Shown: positions 47,742-59,035 of the stretch, piece after piece
How the letters are laid out: every line of letters starts with the position of its first letter
How positions within the stretch are numbered: the first letter of the stretch is position 1
DNA from: Macrostomum lignano
Lineage: Eukaryota
DNA: 64,000 nucleotides
Direction: 5' to 3'
Assembly: GCA_002269645.1 (NCBI GenBank)
Contig: NIVC01000376.1
Coordinates: 558,001 to 622,000, forward strand
Notes under the pieces: generated by a model
Databases searched by the model: none
What the model was told of the DNA's origin: nothing
Seen by the model: only the letters and a program-made list of their open reading frames with translations
Position numbers and translations under genes: made by a program

Positions 47742-49109
47742 TTTCAGGATCGGTGTGCTTCAGAGCTTTTGGAAAATTTGACTAGCAATTTACAATTTCC
47801 AATAGATTTTTTGCTTGCTGTACTGTATATGAATGAAACTTTGACCCAAATTAAAAATGATAAAAGCACGCGCTTTAAAATTAGGTGGTTACACTAGATT
47901 TACACGTTAAAACAAAAATAGCAATTTTGAAAACGTATGCTGATAAACCTATGAAAAATTTAAAAAATAATTCTGTTTTAATTTGTCAATGCAAACAAAT
48001 TCAGACAGTACGTAACGATTTGAACATATGGTGCGTTCGAGTAGCTTATTACTGGCTTATGATTATTATTTTTTGATGAATAGCAATAGTATTTTACAAG
48101 CCTACAAACCTTAGAGATTTAGTATATTTGGATGTTTATGAACTGTCGATAATTTTTTTCATGCATCGCACATCGCACACAATTTTATATATCGCATCGC
48201 ACAGATTTAAATTTGCTGAGTTATTTTTACGTTTTCCTAAAGATCGAAGTTTTAATGAGCATCCTTGCGGCTTCCTCAGAGGCATAGCATAAAAGGACGC
48301 AATACTCGCAAATGACGACAAAACATTTGAAGACTGATTTGTCAGTTTTTATCTTTGCATATTTTGACCCATAATCGTTTTTTTCGCTGGATGGACCAAT
48401 AGATTGTCATGTCAGAATTTATTCCGCTTTATATGTTGGCTAATATGGCACTTTTACAAGGTATGTATGAACTGCAAACATAGCATAAACTGCTTATGAT
48501 ACATCAATGCAGTTTTAATATATCTCATAAATTCTGATTAAAAAAGGGATCAATTAATTTTAGGTAAGCCGTGTTACAGTTTTTATGATACACGTACACA
48601 TGTAAAAAAATTACATTTCTCATGTAAACAATACGATCTATTGAGGGTACATTATTAGGTGCACTGCTATTGATAACTTCTGTATTCTTTGGTCTAAGTG
48701 CAGTGCAGCGTCATGGGCTTTGACCGATAAAATTGAAAATGTTTAATTTCTAACCTGAAGCAAGCCTTATATAGAAAAAGTAATAAAAAGGCAGCTGTGC
48801 GTGACACTACGAGCTTACACGACTTCTGCTCCATACAAAGCAAAATAGGAAGCAGCAGGAAGCTGACACGCTGCCGGAAATCAAGTTTATTGTATGCTGG
48901 AAACGCAAGCGCGATTCATCTGATGAGATGTGCGACTTGAATTGAATACAAAGGATATTTATTTGAATAGCTGTCATGTACACAGTACATCTACCGCTGC
49001 TGTTTCTCTCTTATCTTGATATCGGCAAGAAAACAAAGTGTTTTCGCTCTCACAAACTTGTTTTGAGTATGGGCTTCTCAGCATCTCAGAATCCAGATTT
49101 GAAGAGGTT

Positions 49110-49325
49110 TCCAGAGTCTAACTCAGGCGCTTCCAGAGTCTCACTCAGGCGCTTCCAGAGTCTCACTCAGGCGCTTCCAGAGTCTCACTCAGGCGCTTCC
49201 AGAGTCTCAATCAGGCACTTCTAGAGTCTTACTTGGGTGCTTCCGAGTCTAACTCAAGCGTCTCAGATTACAGATCAGCTTCCAGAGTCTCACTCAGGCG
49301 CTTCCAGAGTCCCACTCAGGCGCTT
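49110..49325 (+). repeat. 22-bp repeat (CCAGAGTCTCACTCAGGCGCTT)n
   Basis: Read directly. Confidence 0.9.
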
Positions 49326-50146
49326 ACGATGTTATTTGCGCTTACAGTTTTACAAAACTGTGATTTCTCAACGCCAAAAAGTGACAGAAAAATGTAGAGC
49401 TGCAAATGTCGTTCATAAAACTAAAACAATTAGCAAGCAGTAGCAACGGGCAATTAAAGCGTCTTAAGTTCTTAAAAAAGTACATTTTTAAGATTTCAAC
49501 ACCCAGTTTTCCAAGCACAGTATCCAGTCTCCCTTGAATCGTCTCCTTCGAGAGAAGAGAGATGAAATTGAGAGGCCAAACGGCCTGAGATCAGTCTGAG
49601 CAGACAGTCTAGCCCGCCAGAGCAGTCACTCAAATCTCTTTTGCGCGAAGGTTGCATAGAAACGAAAAAAAAGTTGGAAATTCTCCCCAGCAAGCCGGCA
49701 GACGGGAAGCCGCAATGGCTTTGTACAAATTTGGAAGCTCCAGTCAGGCGGTTGCTACTCCCAGCTCAAGTCCTTCCCTCCTTTTTGCCTCGCTCCCTTC
49801 CTCCGTGTCCTCAGGTGTGTCCCCACCTTCAGCAGCAGTTGCTATCTGATGCCCCCCCCCCACTGAGTATTTGCGTGCGGGGAAGAGGCAGCCAGGAGGT
49901 CCCTAACTATTCACGCCGTCCTGCCATAGCAACACCTCCCATGAGTCTGTCCGCCTCTCCCAGCTTAGCTCCACTCCTCACCCGCCTCTTGCCTCTCTAT
50001 TTTGTTGCAAAATGGAATTCTCTGCATGGACAGACAGGCTAGTCAAGGATAGCTAACAAGCTAGACATCTGAAATAGAAACTTTTCTGCGTGATTTCCGG
50101 TGTATCATCTTCATTGGAAACTCTCCACAATACCTTTTTGCATCTA

Positions 50147-50982
50147 ATTTAGTACGCTGCAAAGAGCCTAGAAGAGTTCATATTCAACATAGACTATAGA
50201 ACTGAAATCACCAGCCAATTTGGTGTCTTTGCTATCAAGTTGGTTTATTTCACGGACATCAAACTCCAAACCATCAGACACGCATGTCTTCACTGTCCTC
50301 TCTCTGTCCACCAGACTGATTTTAGCGCACGGTCCTCTCTGCGCCATTCTTTACTTTAGCCATGCCTTCCAGCTGTGGCCCGAATTGCTTGCTGTTAAAT
50401 TGATTTCTGTTGTCTATGGCTTTCTGTGGTTTGTCTGTGTAAAACCTCTGCCACACTGTCACATCAGAACTGCTGACGACCGAGCACCGATCTGAATGAA
50501 GAAAAAAGCAAAATAGGACGCAGAAAAGTATTTTGCAGTACCACAGTACCGTCTGGGCCATAGACAAAAATGCCTCTCTCACAAACTGCAAGCCAAGCCA
50601 GCTGTTTATGGTTCTTCTCTCAGGTCAGGTTAAAAGACAATAAAGTAAAGTTTGAAGTTCGAACCACATATATTTCATTTCTACCAGTGTCGATTTTTAT
50701 GAGATTAACAGTTTGACATGTTTACAGCGAGGCAGATGTTTCACACAGACAAGCCACAGAAAGCCATAGACAACAGAAATCAATTTGGTTTCCAGCTGCA
50801 AGCAATTCGGGCCAACAGCTGGTGGACTGAGGACAGTGAATGCATTGGTGACTAGATGGTTTGGAGTTTGATGTCCGTGAAAAAACCAAATTGATAGCGA
50901 AGACGCCAAATTGGCTGGTGATTTCAGTTCTTAGTCTATGTTGAATATGAACTCTTCTGGGCTCTTTGCAACGCACCAAATT
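50147..50982. mobile_element. Old foldback/MITE with long imperfect inverted arms
   Basis: 50147-~50470 is the diverged reverse complement of ~50705-50982, with a ~50-nt indel in the left arm. No TSD resolved. Confidence 0.7.
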
Positions 50983-51348
50983 GGAAGCAGTAAAAACTTG
51001 AGTTGGTCTAACTCCAGATCATACAGTTTTAGATCGCCTTGGCCTATCCAATCGGACTTGACAGCTCAAGCTGCAATATTTCTAACGGGACATAACTTCA
51101 CGCAGCTCAGTGAGCCTCCATTTGAACCGGCAGCAGCAGCGCTGGGAACAGTTCCCAGTTCCGCCCCGGCATCGCGCCTCTTCCGGCAACCTGAGCCCCC
51201 CCCCCCCTGAAGCTGAGGAGCCACTTCAGTCCGTCTCAGATTGCAGCTAAGCATAATCCGTTCCAATCAATAATTGATTTCCGCTGGTGCGCTAAGCACG
51301 CACGCTCTATCTATCTACTGAGATTCTCTGCTATTTAAACAAGCAATT

Positions 51349-51684
51349 ATGTCGAGAGAGGACGGCGAAGACGGCTTGAAAGCATTCCACATCTACGCGG
51401 TGGGCGAACGGGATGCCATGTCGGTCAACATGCGGAACGCCGGTCTGGAGTCGCTCAACGAGAAGTACCTGGCCCACCTGCGCAACACGATGCGGCGGGA
51501 GGTCAGCCTCATCAGCATGGACCAGCGCAGCGTGCTGAATAAGTTCAACACCTACAGCATGACCATGGTGGAGGACAGTCTGGCGCCCAGCAGCAGGGAC
51601 CGACGGACCTATCTGCAGTTTCTGAAGGAGCGGCAGCAGCAGAGCCGGACAAGTCAGGGCGACGATGGGTTCGGACCGCCGGTG

Positions 51685-51777
<93 letters not shown>

Positions 51778-52248
51778 GGTGCCCCACACCGCCCACAGGA
51801 CCCGATGTCCCGGTCTCGCACCTTCATCGACAGCCAGCGCCGGTCGGCCACCGCGGACGCCTCGGCCAGCCTGGCCCGGCTCCGCCTACTTACCCGGCCA
51901 TCACGCCAGGCCTCGCACTGTCCGCGCCTGGCCGCGGCCCAGGTTGCCCGGGTGCACCCGGAGTTCGCACCCAGCCTGGACCGGTCCAACCGGGCCCGCA
52001 CCGCGCCGACGCCGCAGACGCTGCTGAGGATGCACCAACAGCGCCTGGAGCAGCTGGACGCCGCCGATCCGGAACAGCAACAGCAGCAGCGGCTTCGGCG
52101 AATTCATTCAACGCTCGGCTTCTCGGTGCACGACGCCAGGTCGAGGCGGAGGGCGCTTAACGACGAGCGATTCTTGAAGCTGCGCGAAGCTCTACAGAAG
52201 GTGCCGCCGCAGTCTGGGTCCGATACGCTGCGACAGGAGGATCTGTGA
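51349..52248 (+). CDS. Uncharacterised coiled-coil protein (299 aa if unspliced) with an internal (QTDR)n from a (GACA)n tract
   Basis: Intact GC-rich ORF with an N-terminal helical segment (SLNEKYLAHLRNTMRREVSLISMDQRSV) and C-terminal ALNDERFLKLREAL. Loosely reminiscent of CCDC190-type proteins; unverified. Confidence 0.75.
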
Positions 52249-52560
52249 TCTGCTGATGATGGGATCTGCTGATGATGGGATCTGCTGATGATGGGATCTG
52301 CTGATGATGGGATCTGCTGATGATGGGATCTGCTGATGATGGGATCTGCTGATGATGGGATCTGCTGATGATGGGATCTGCTGATGATGGGATCTGCTGA
52401 TGATGGGATCTGCTGATGATGGGATCTGCTGATGATGGGATCTGCTGATGATGGGATCTGCTGATGATGGGATCTGCTGATGATGGGATCTGCTAATGAT
52501 GGGATCTGCTGATGATGGGATTTGCTGATTGAATCTGATGACGATGCATCTGATGATGAC
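52245..52560 (+). repeat. 16-bp repeat (GGATCTGCTGATGATG)n starting at the stop codon of the 51349 gene
   Basis: Read directly. Confidence 0.95.
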
Positions 52561-53059
52561 GCGATCTGCTATCCATGTATCCAAAGTTTCTCTCATATTT
52601 CTGTTGTAAATTCGTTTCATTACTTGACAATTTTTTAACACAGGAGGTTCTGTTTTCTGGGGTTGGAACTTTACCTCAAGCGACAATGACAGGCATGTAG
52701 TGTTAGATTCCTAAATGGTTCTTACGACATTGAAAAATTTAAACATTGCTTCACTTTTTCGCGTTACTTCAAGTAGTAAGCAGCGACAGATCTTCAAAAG
52801 CGGATTGAGATCTCGTGTTTGTCTATAGCTTCTTCATGGTTTTAAGAAATATACTACTTTTCTAGTAAAAAATGTTATACCACTTTTAAAAGACCACTGC
52901 TGTAATTTTCGTCGTTAAGGTGTTCACAGACACACCGGATGCTCGTTAAAACGTCTCCGAAACGACTCTTCGATTTTTCGATTCTTCGAGCCGTTACTAA
53001 TTACAGTGGATCTTCATCAAGCCATAAAACACTTCAAAAGGTCGCCAAGCCAAGCCATT

Positions 53060-53330
53060 CCAGATGTTCTTCAAGCCGTCGCCAACACTGCAGATGTTCT
53101 TCAAGCCATCACCAACACTGCAGGTGTTCTTCAAGCCGTCACCAACACTGCAGGTGTTCTTCAAGCCGTCACCAACACTGTAGATGTTCTTCAAGCCGTC
53201 ACCAACACTGCAGATGTTCTTCAAGCCGTCACCAACACTGCAGGTGTTCTTCAAGCCGTCACCAACACTGCAGGTGTTCTTCAAGCCGTCACCAACACTG
53301 CAGGTGTTCTTCAAGCCGTCACCAACACTC
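53060..53330 (+). repeat. 30-bp repeat (GTTCTTCAAGCCGTCACCAACACTGCAGGT), ~9 copies
   Basis: Read directly; just 3' of the GPCR-A stop. Confidence 0.95.
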
Positions 53331-53391
53331 CAGACACCCTAACACACAATATGTATGCTCGCAATTCCATAATTGGCCTCAGAACATGGTT

Positions 53392-54941
53392 CTAAAGCTG
53401 CGTGCTGACCAGAACTCTCCTGGACGCAGATCGGCACCGGTCAAAGGCAGCGGTCGCAATGTTGTTGTTCGGCGCGGCCGTGGCTCGCTGCTGTGGCGTC
53501 GTCGGTCTCAGACAGCCGACAAGTTGCCTGCGGAAGGCCGGACTGCGATAGGCCAGCAGCAGCCAGTTAGCGCACAGCTGGCAGACGATGACAGTCTCGC
53601 AGAAGTGGCACAGATGCGCCATCAGCTTCAGCATATTCGGCTCCGTAGCTGGATTGGCTTCCATGGCTTCTACAAGGGTTACAACAGCGAGGCAGGGCAG
53701 CGAACTGGCTAGGAGGGCTCCGGACAAGGCTAGGCACAGTGTGCAGCTTCTCAGGCTGCCGTTCAGAGCCACAGGCGACACCGAGGTGCCTATGATTCTG
53801 GATTCGGAGCCTAGCTCGGCGGCGAGCCTTTGACGACGGTGCTGCCGAATGTGGAGCACCCGGCGCAGCAGGGCCGCATTGGCCGCCAGGATGACCAACA
53901 CGATCGCGGCCGGAGGGAAGTTCAAGCCAAAGCCCAGCAGGAGGTTCAGAGCCCTGCTAGGCGAGTTGGCTGTCTTCGAGCAGGCGATTCGTCCCGCCAC
54001 CGTTGACCAGCCAGCCCTGATCGGCGCGTGCGTTGCTATGGCAACAGTTGTTAAGCTGACGTAGCAGCAGACTCGAACGGCGGCGCGTCGGCCTCGAGTG
54101 TAAAGTTGAAAGGGCCGGTGCATGGCCAGGACCCGATCGCAGCACATGGCGGCGAACAAGGCGTAGGCGGTCAGGCTGGTCCAGGCCTGCAGGAACTGGT
54201 CCACGCGGCAGGCCAAGTCGGAAGCGTTCCCAACGATCCAACCGGCCGAGCCGTTGGTGAGCCAGGGCAGGCCGCAGGGCAGGAGGAAGTGAAACACGCC
54301 GAACACGACGCCGACTGAGCAGTTTGCGGCGGAGATGGCGCTGAGGTAGACAATCTGGCGGGACCTGCGCAGGCGGTAGTTAAACGGCTTTCTTGAGCTA
54401 CTCTGGTCTGGTAAACACATTTCTTTGATCGAGAGTTCTTGAAATGGAAATATACGAGTAATTTTGATAAGAAGATGCAAATAACCTACACTAGGATTGT
54501 GTTATTAAGACAATCGGAGTACAAACGGATCGAATGTTGTGTCGATTGCCTCTCACAAACAGACAGAAGAAAATGGTAAATGCACTAAAGGAGGAAACTT
54601 CATTGACTTGTGAAGGGCCATTCTTGATGACATCACTGAGCACACCCTCCTTACTAGACATCTCAACAGGTTGATGCAAATAGACTACCAGCAGAACTTT
54701 CTAACCTAGAATCCTTCACGACTCTAACCAGCAGCAGTCTGGTTGCTAGCGCGTTGCCAGGCAGGCCAAGGAGCAGAAAGCAGATCAGAGGAACGCCGGT
54801 CAGGGTGCCCAGAGCAGATACAGCCACGCAGAGCATTCGCCCGCTGCTGCTCGATACGGAAGAGTCGCAGTCTCTTAACAGCGATTGAAGCGTTCTCAGA
54901 AATCTGCCACCGGACTCAGCACTGTTACTCGAATCGTTCAT
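53392..54941 (-). CDS. Rhodopsin-like (class A) GPCR, paralogue A, two exons, ~407 aa
   Basis: Exon 1 54941-54729 encodes TM1 (LLGLPGNAL); exon 2 is 54402-53392; junction is phase 0 GT-AG. Seven hydrophobic segments, TM3 AMCCDRVLAM (DRY-equivalent), and Cys at the start of TM3 and in ECL2. Confidence 0.88.
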
Positions 54942-55539
54942 GACTTGTAAAGGAAACTTCTGTATGAGCGTAGTTGTAGATTTCAGTCTTAGACTTAGGC
55001 TTTTAAGGGCTGCTATTTAAATACATGTTCTGTTGTGACGTTGAAGCCCAAGCTTCTGGGAAAACTTCCACCCACCTGTTTCGATGTTTTGCTTCAAAAG
55101 AGCTTTAAGACTCTTTGATGTCAGCTGTAATGAAAGTTTGAGTCGGAAAAGCAATTAGCAAGTGAGTTTTAATCAAAGCGCGAGATTCGGTCCGACTGTT
55201 TGAAGTCAAAGTTGATTTTTGCTGGTCAAAAACAGCCCGTTAGAACGGGCAGCTCTGAAATCGAATTTCAAATGACACTATGACGCAAACACAAAACAAG
55301 ACCTTAGACGTAACTGGAAATGGTTTCAGTTACTACCTCGCTGTGACATTCCATCAACCTGGGGTGGTCGCGTGAAAAAAGCACCAAATTTCACACTCGC
55401 GTGTTGAGTTTCTGTACGGACTCTGCATACGTACAAGTAGATGATGTGCAAATATTGTGCGGAAAACAAATGAAAACTTTATATTTAATCGTCAAAATCA
55501 TACACATCGATATGTAATAAAAGTCAAAAAGTCCCCAAA

Positions 55540-55683
55540 AAGCTTGACAGAACAATTGCGCCCCGCCCCCTAAGCTTGATTTTTCTCCCTTTATACGCAT
55601 TTTTTGCGCGCCTAGCTTAAAAATTGCCCCCCCCAAACTTGAATCGCCCCCCCCCCCAAAATGAAACTCTAGATCCGCCACTG
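55540..55683 (-). mobile_element. One end of a CAGTGGCGGATC-type non-autonomous DNA transposon
   Basis: The - strand begins CAGTGGCGGATCTAG followed by poly-G subterminal motifs. The partner end is not found. Confidence 0.45.
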
Positions 55684-55697
55684 GGGATAGCCACTCC

Positions 55698-55729
<32 letters not shown>

Positions 55730-55870
55730 TGGGAGTGAAAAGGGTGGCGGAAAAACGCCTCAGTTGAAGCGTCAAAGCCGGTTATAGGCCATAAACATGG
55801 GTAGGTCATAGACAAATTTAATTGTTTTTTGCGGCTCAAAACTAAACATTTATGAGTAGCTCGTACTAAA

Positions 55871-56788
55871 CAACTATTGCTTTTGTCGTGCTATGTGTAA
55901 CAGCGGGCATGCAAAACGAAACGGCCCATAGAATTCTATAGCCAGGTGTTTGAATTAACTCGGGGAAAGCAAGCCATAGACAACTCGATTTGTCATGCAA
56001 TTTGGAACGATGAGCCGGAATAGAAGGAACGGTTTGAGTTTTATTTACAGAAACAATAGAAATATACATTAATGAAGCAAATTTTAAGTCACAAATTGAA
56101 ACCATCAAATATAAAAAGGTCAACTCTTCGTTAGCGTATTCGCTTCTGGCGTCGAGGCTTTCGACTCGGTTGGTGTTTTGGCGCACATCCGTCCCCTTGG
56201 TAGCAAGTTTGATCGTAAAGAGCAAACCATCCATTGCTCGATCAATTGTTTTAAGGCTCACATGCGGCTTGTCAGGAAAGCTTCCAACCAGCTTCTCAGC
56301 CATTGACTTTAGCGTTAGAAAGGGATTTTGCTGCACCTCTTGTTGCAAAAAATTGCATCTCTGCGTCCATTTTGCAGCTTTCTTCCTTGCGTCTTCCACG
56401 AGGCAAAGCTTTCAATCTGCCGGCTTGTTCGAATGTTGACCAAATGCGGTGAACAGAAGTTTCGGATACTCCTAACAAAACTGAAACATCCGCCATCGAC
56501 AGTCCACGATGAAAGGCGGCTATGATACGCTGTCGATCGCGTACAGAAATTTGCTCACCGTTCCTTCTATTTTGGCTCACCGTTCCTTCTATTTTGGCTC
56601 ACCGTTCCTTCTATTTTGGCTCACCGTTCCTTCTATTTTATTGGCTCGCCGTTCCATATTGCATGACAAATTAAGTTGTCTATGGCTTGCTGTCTCGAGT
56701 TGATTCAAGTGCTGGGCCATAGAACCCTATTGGCCGTTCCGTTTTGGATGTCCCCAGTTCCACATAGCAGACTAAAATTTAATTGTTG
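55871..56788 (-). mobile_element. Internally deleted Tc1/IS630-like transposon with long imperfect TIRs
   Basis: HTH-like N-terminus (ISVRDRQRIIAAFHRG...VSETSVHRIW) frameshifts into QNPFLTLKSMAEKL...FTIKL...RQN; no DDE core. 55871-56038 is inverted relative to 56555-56788. Confidence 0.75.
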
Positions 56789-57838
56789 CATAGTTTTACT
56801 TCTCTAGTATCTCTTTCACCTAAAGCGGGTCGGAAATCTCTGGTCTGCAGGCGACATGCGGATCACGAAGCCTCTCTATCCGGCCCTCGGGTCCTTTGAA
56901 ACTTTATAAAAGCAGTCTGGTCCGCTCAAATTTTGTTGTCTCATCGCTCTCTGCTCTCTGCTCTCTAATATCCTCTCTAATCCCTTTCTCTCCTCTCATC
57001 TCTAATTCTCCTCTCGTCTCCTTTCATTTTCTCACCTCGTCTTTCTCCTAGCCATCTCCCTTCTCTATTCCCTCTCCTCTCTCCCCATCCTCTGGCCCGC
57101 AGGCCATGAAGTAATGAAATTAAGTAAACATAATTCAAAAAATTTTAAAAGACATAAGAGTGAGAGGGAGACATGCTTTCAGGAGTCAATGTCAACACTA
57201 AAGATAAAGAGCCAAAAGTTATAAACAATGGCATCTGTGAAAGTATCTTAGTCAATAATGAATAATAATTAGCAAGGAAAAAATTCGAGAAGTTAAATGC
57301 ACAGAAATTCGGGCCACTCCTTAAAAATCGGGCAATCGGGCCATTTCCAATTCGGGCCTCGCTCCCACCACTGCACTCCTCCTCTTCCTTCAATTTACCG
57401 TTGCAGTACAGCTTGCGGAAAACTAAAAACTTATTGTCCTGTAACCGGCACAGTACAGGCCATAGATAATGAAGACTTCATTTTTGTTCGTTTTCTCTTC
57501 ACTTTAATTTCAAGGACCACTAAGTAATTTTAATTATACTTTTTGCACGATTTGGAAGTGTTGGCTGATGCGTACTTCTAGTCTAGTAGTCCTTGTTTAG
57601 TTTTCTCTATGGATAATATTAATCATTTTGCTAGTGTCTATGGTTAAGTACAAAGATTTAGCGACTTGCAATTATTTAGCTATTTTTGTACTTCTATTAT
57701 TCAACTGGAGGCATATAGAATATTCCCTAGTTATTCAAGAGTCTGCAGTGAGTCGAAGCCGAGGTCAATAATCGAGACACGAATGCATTTTCTATGCAAT
57801 GCTACACTGTACTGTACGAGCTAGTTACATGTACTTCA

Positions 57839-57922
57839 TTCATTCATTCGTAGGTAACGAGCGCTTCAGCCCTAACGGGGCTCTTACCCTAACAATTATT
57901 TTTTGGTTTCGAAGTTAGGGTG
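57839..57922 (-). mobile_element. Short 5'-truncated retroposed insertion with a (GAAT)n tail
   Basis: Flanked by 23-bp direct repeats ACGAGCTA(G/C)TTACATGTACTTCA (57816-57838, 57923-57945). Contains stem-loops and a (TTCA)n tail. Confidence 0.7.
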
Positions 57923-58249
57923 ACGAGCTACTTACATGTACTTCAAGGAAATTAAGGTAAAACACAGCACACTAATAAGCGCCACCACACTTCTTAAACT
58001 TCTCGCATCTCATAAAAAACTATTGGTTTTTTTCTGATAATGAAGTAGAAGGAGCATATACCGTGTATACTACTGATAAGAAGGATAACCGAAGAAAAAG
58101 GGAAGCGAAGTAGATCTCGAAGCATACATATAGAATACCGAAGGCCGTGAGCCTTTAATCTCGGGAACGCCCTGGACTGGAATATATACATGCAATAAAT
58201 ATACTATATTATAGCAACAGTAATATACCGCTCAGGCCTACAAATAACG

Positions 58250-58440
58250 CTACCAGTGCAGAGATTAAGAACGCTACCAGTACAGAATAAGAACGCTACC
58301 AGTAAGGAGTAAGGAATATACTCAGATATATACTCAGACCAAATACTTACACCTATACTCAGACTAATACTTAGACCTATACTCAGACTAATACTTACAC
58401 CTATACTCAGACTAATACTTAGACCTATACGACTATACTA
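58250..58440 (+). repeat. Short tandem repeats (AAGAACGCTACCAGTA; ATACTCAGACTAATACTTACACCT)
   Basis: Read directly. Confidence 0.8.
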
Positions 58441-59035
58441 GTAATATATTTGAAAAGGTAATTATTAGCTGTGACATTGTGGCGATATGCTAGTGTATTT
58501 TTATTATTGCAATATTATGCTTTGTGCATTCTTAGTTAGTTAGTATTTGCGTGCGCGCTGATTGGCTAGTGTGTTTCAGTGCATGTGCACTGCGTCGGGT
58601 TGTTTGCGTTTTACGCGTGGCTAGCATGGTGGGGTCTGGGCAGTCAGGCCAACCACCCTCTTTAAGTCCTAGGGTTGATGAATAAGAATAAACAAGTCAT
58701 ATAAGAGCCCAGTTGTGTGTACTGGCTCTCCACGTTTAACTTTCCTACGCATTCACTACAAGCCTTTAGCTTCAATTTATTACATTTTTATTACAAGCGC
58801 AAAAACCTTGTCTATAACGCTATCGTTTTGTAGGTCTTTGATAAAATGTCTTCTGGTCTTATTACAGATGATAGTAAGGAACTAGAAAAGTTGAGGTGGA
58901 GCTCAGAACCTCAAACAAGCTACATGTAGTCTAATTTTTTACGGACCAATCAGTGCAACCCAATTGCAATGCTCCCGTTTATAAACCAATGCCTCAGCTC
59001 AAGACAAAAAAATCTCTCCAAGTGAACACCTTGTC

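Noticed and set aside
53006-53395. (VLQAVTNTAG)n ORF resembling a repeat protein
   Set aside because: Frame-preserving 30-bp tandem lying antisense to the GPCR-A 3' end; no independent gene evidence.
54032-54045. RFX X-box-like GTTGCTATGGCAAC
   Set aside because: Lies inside GPCR-A coding sequence rather than a promoter. I found no X-box upstream of LRRIQ3.
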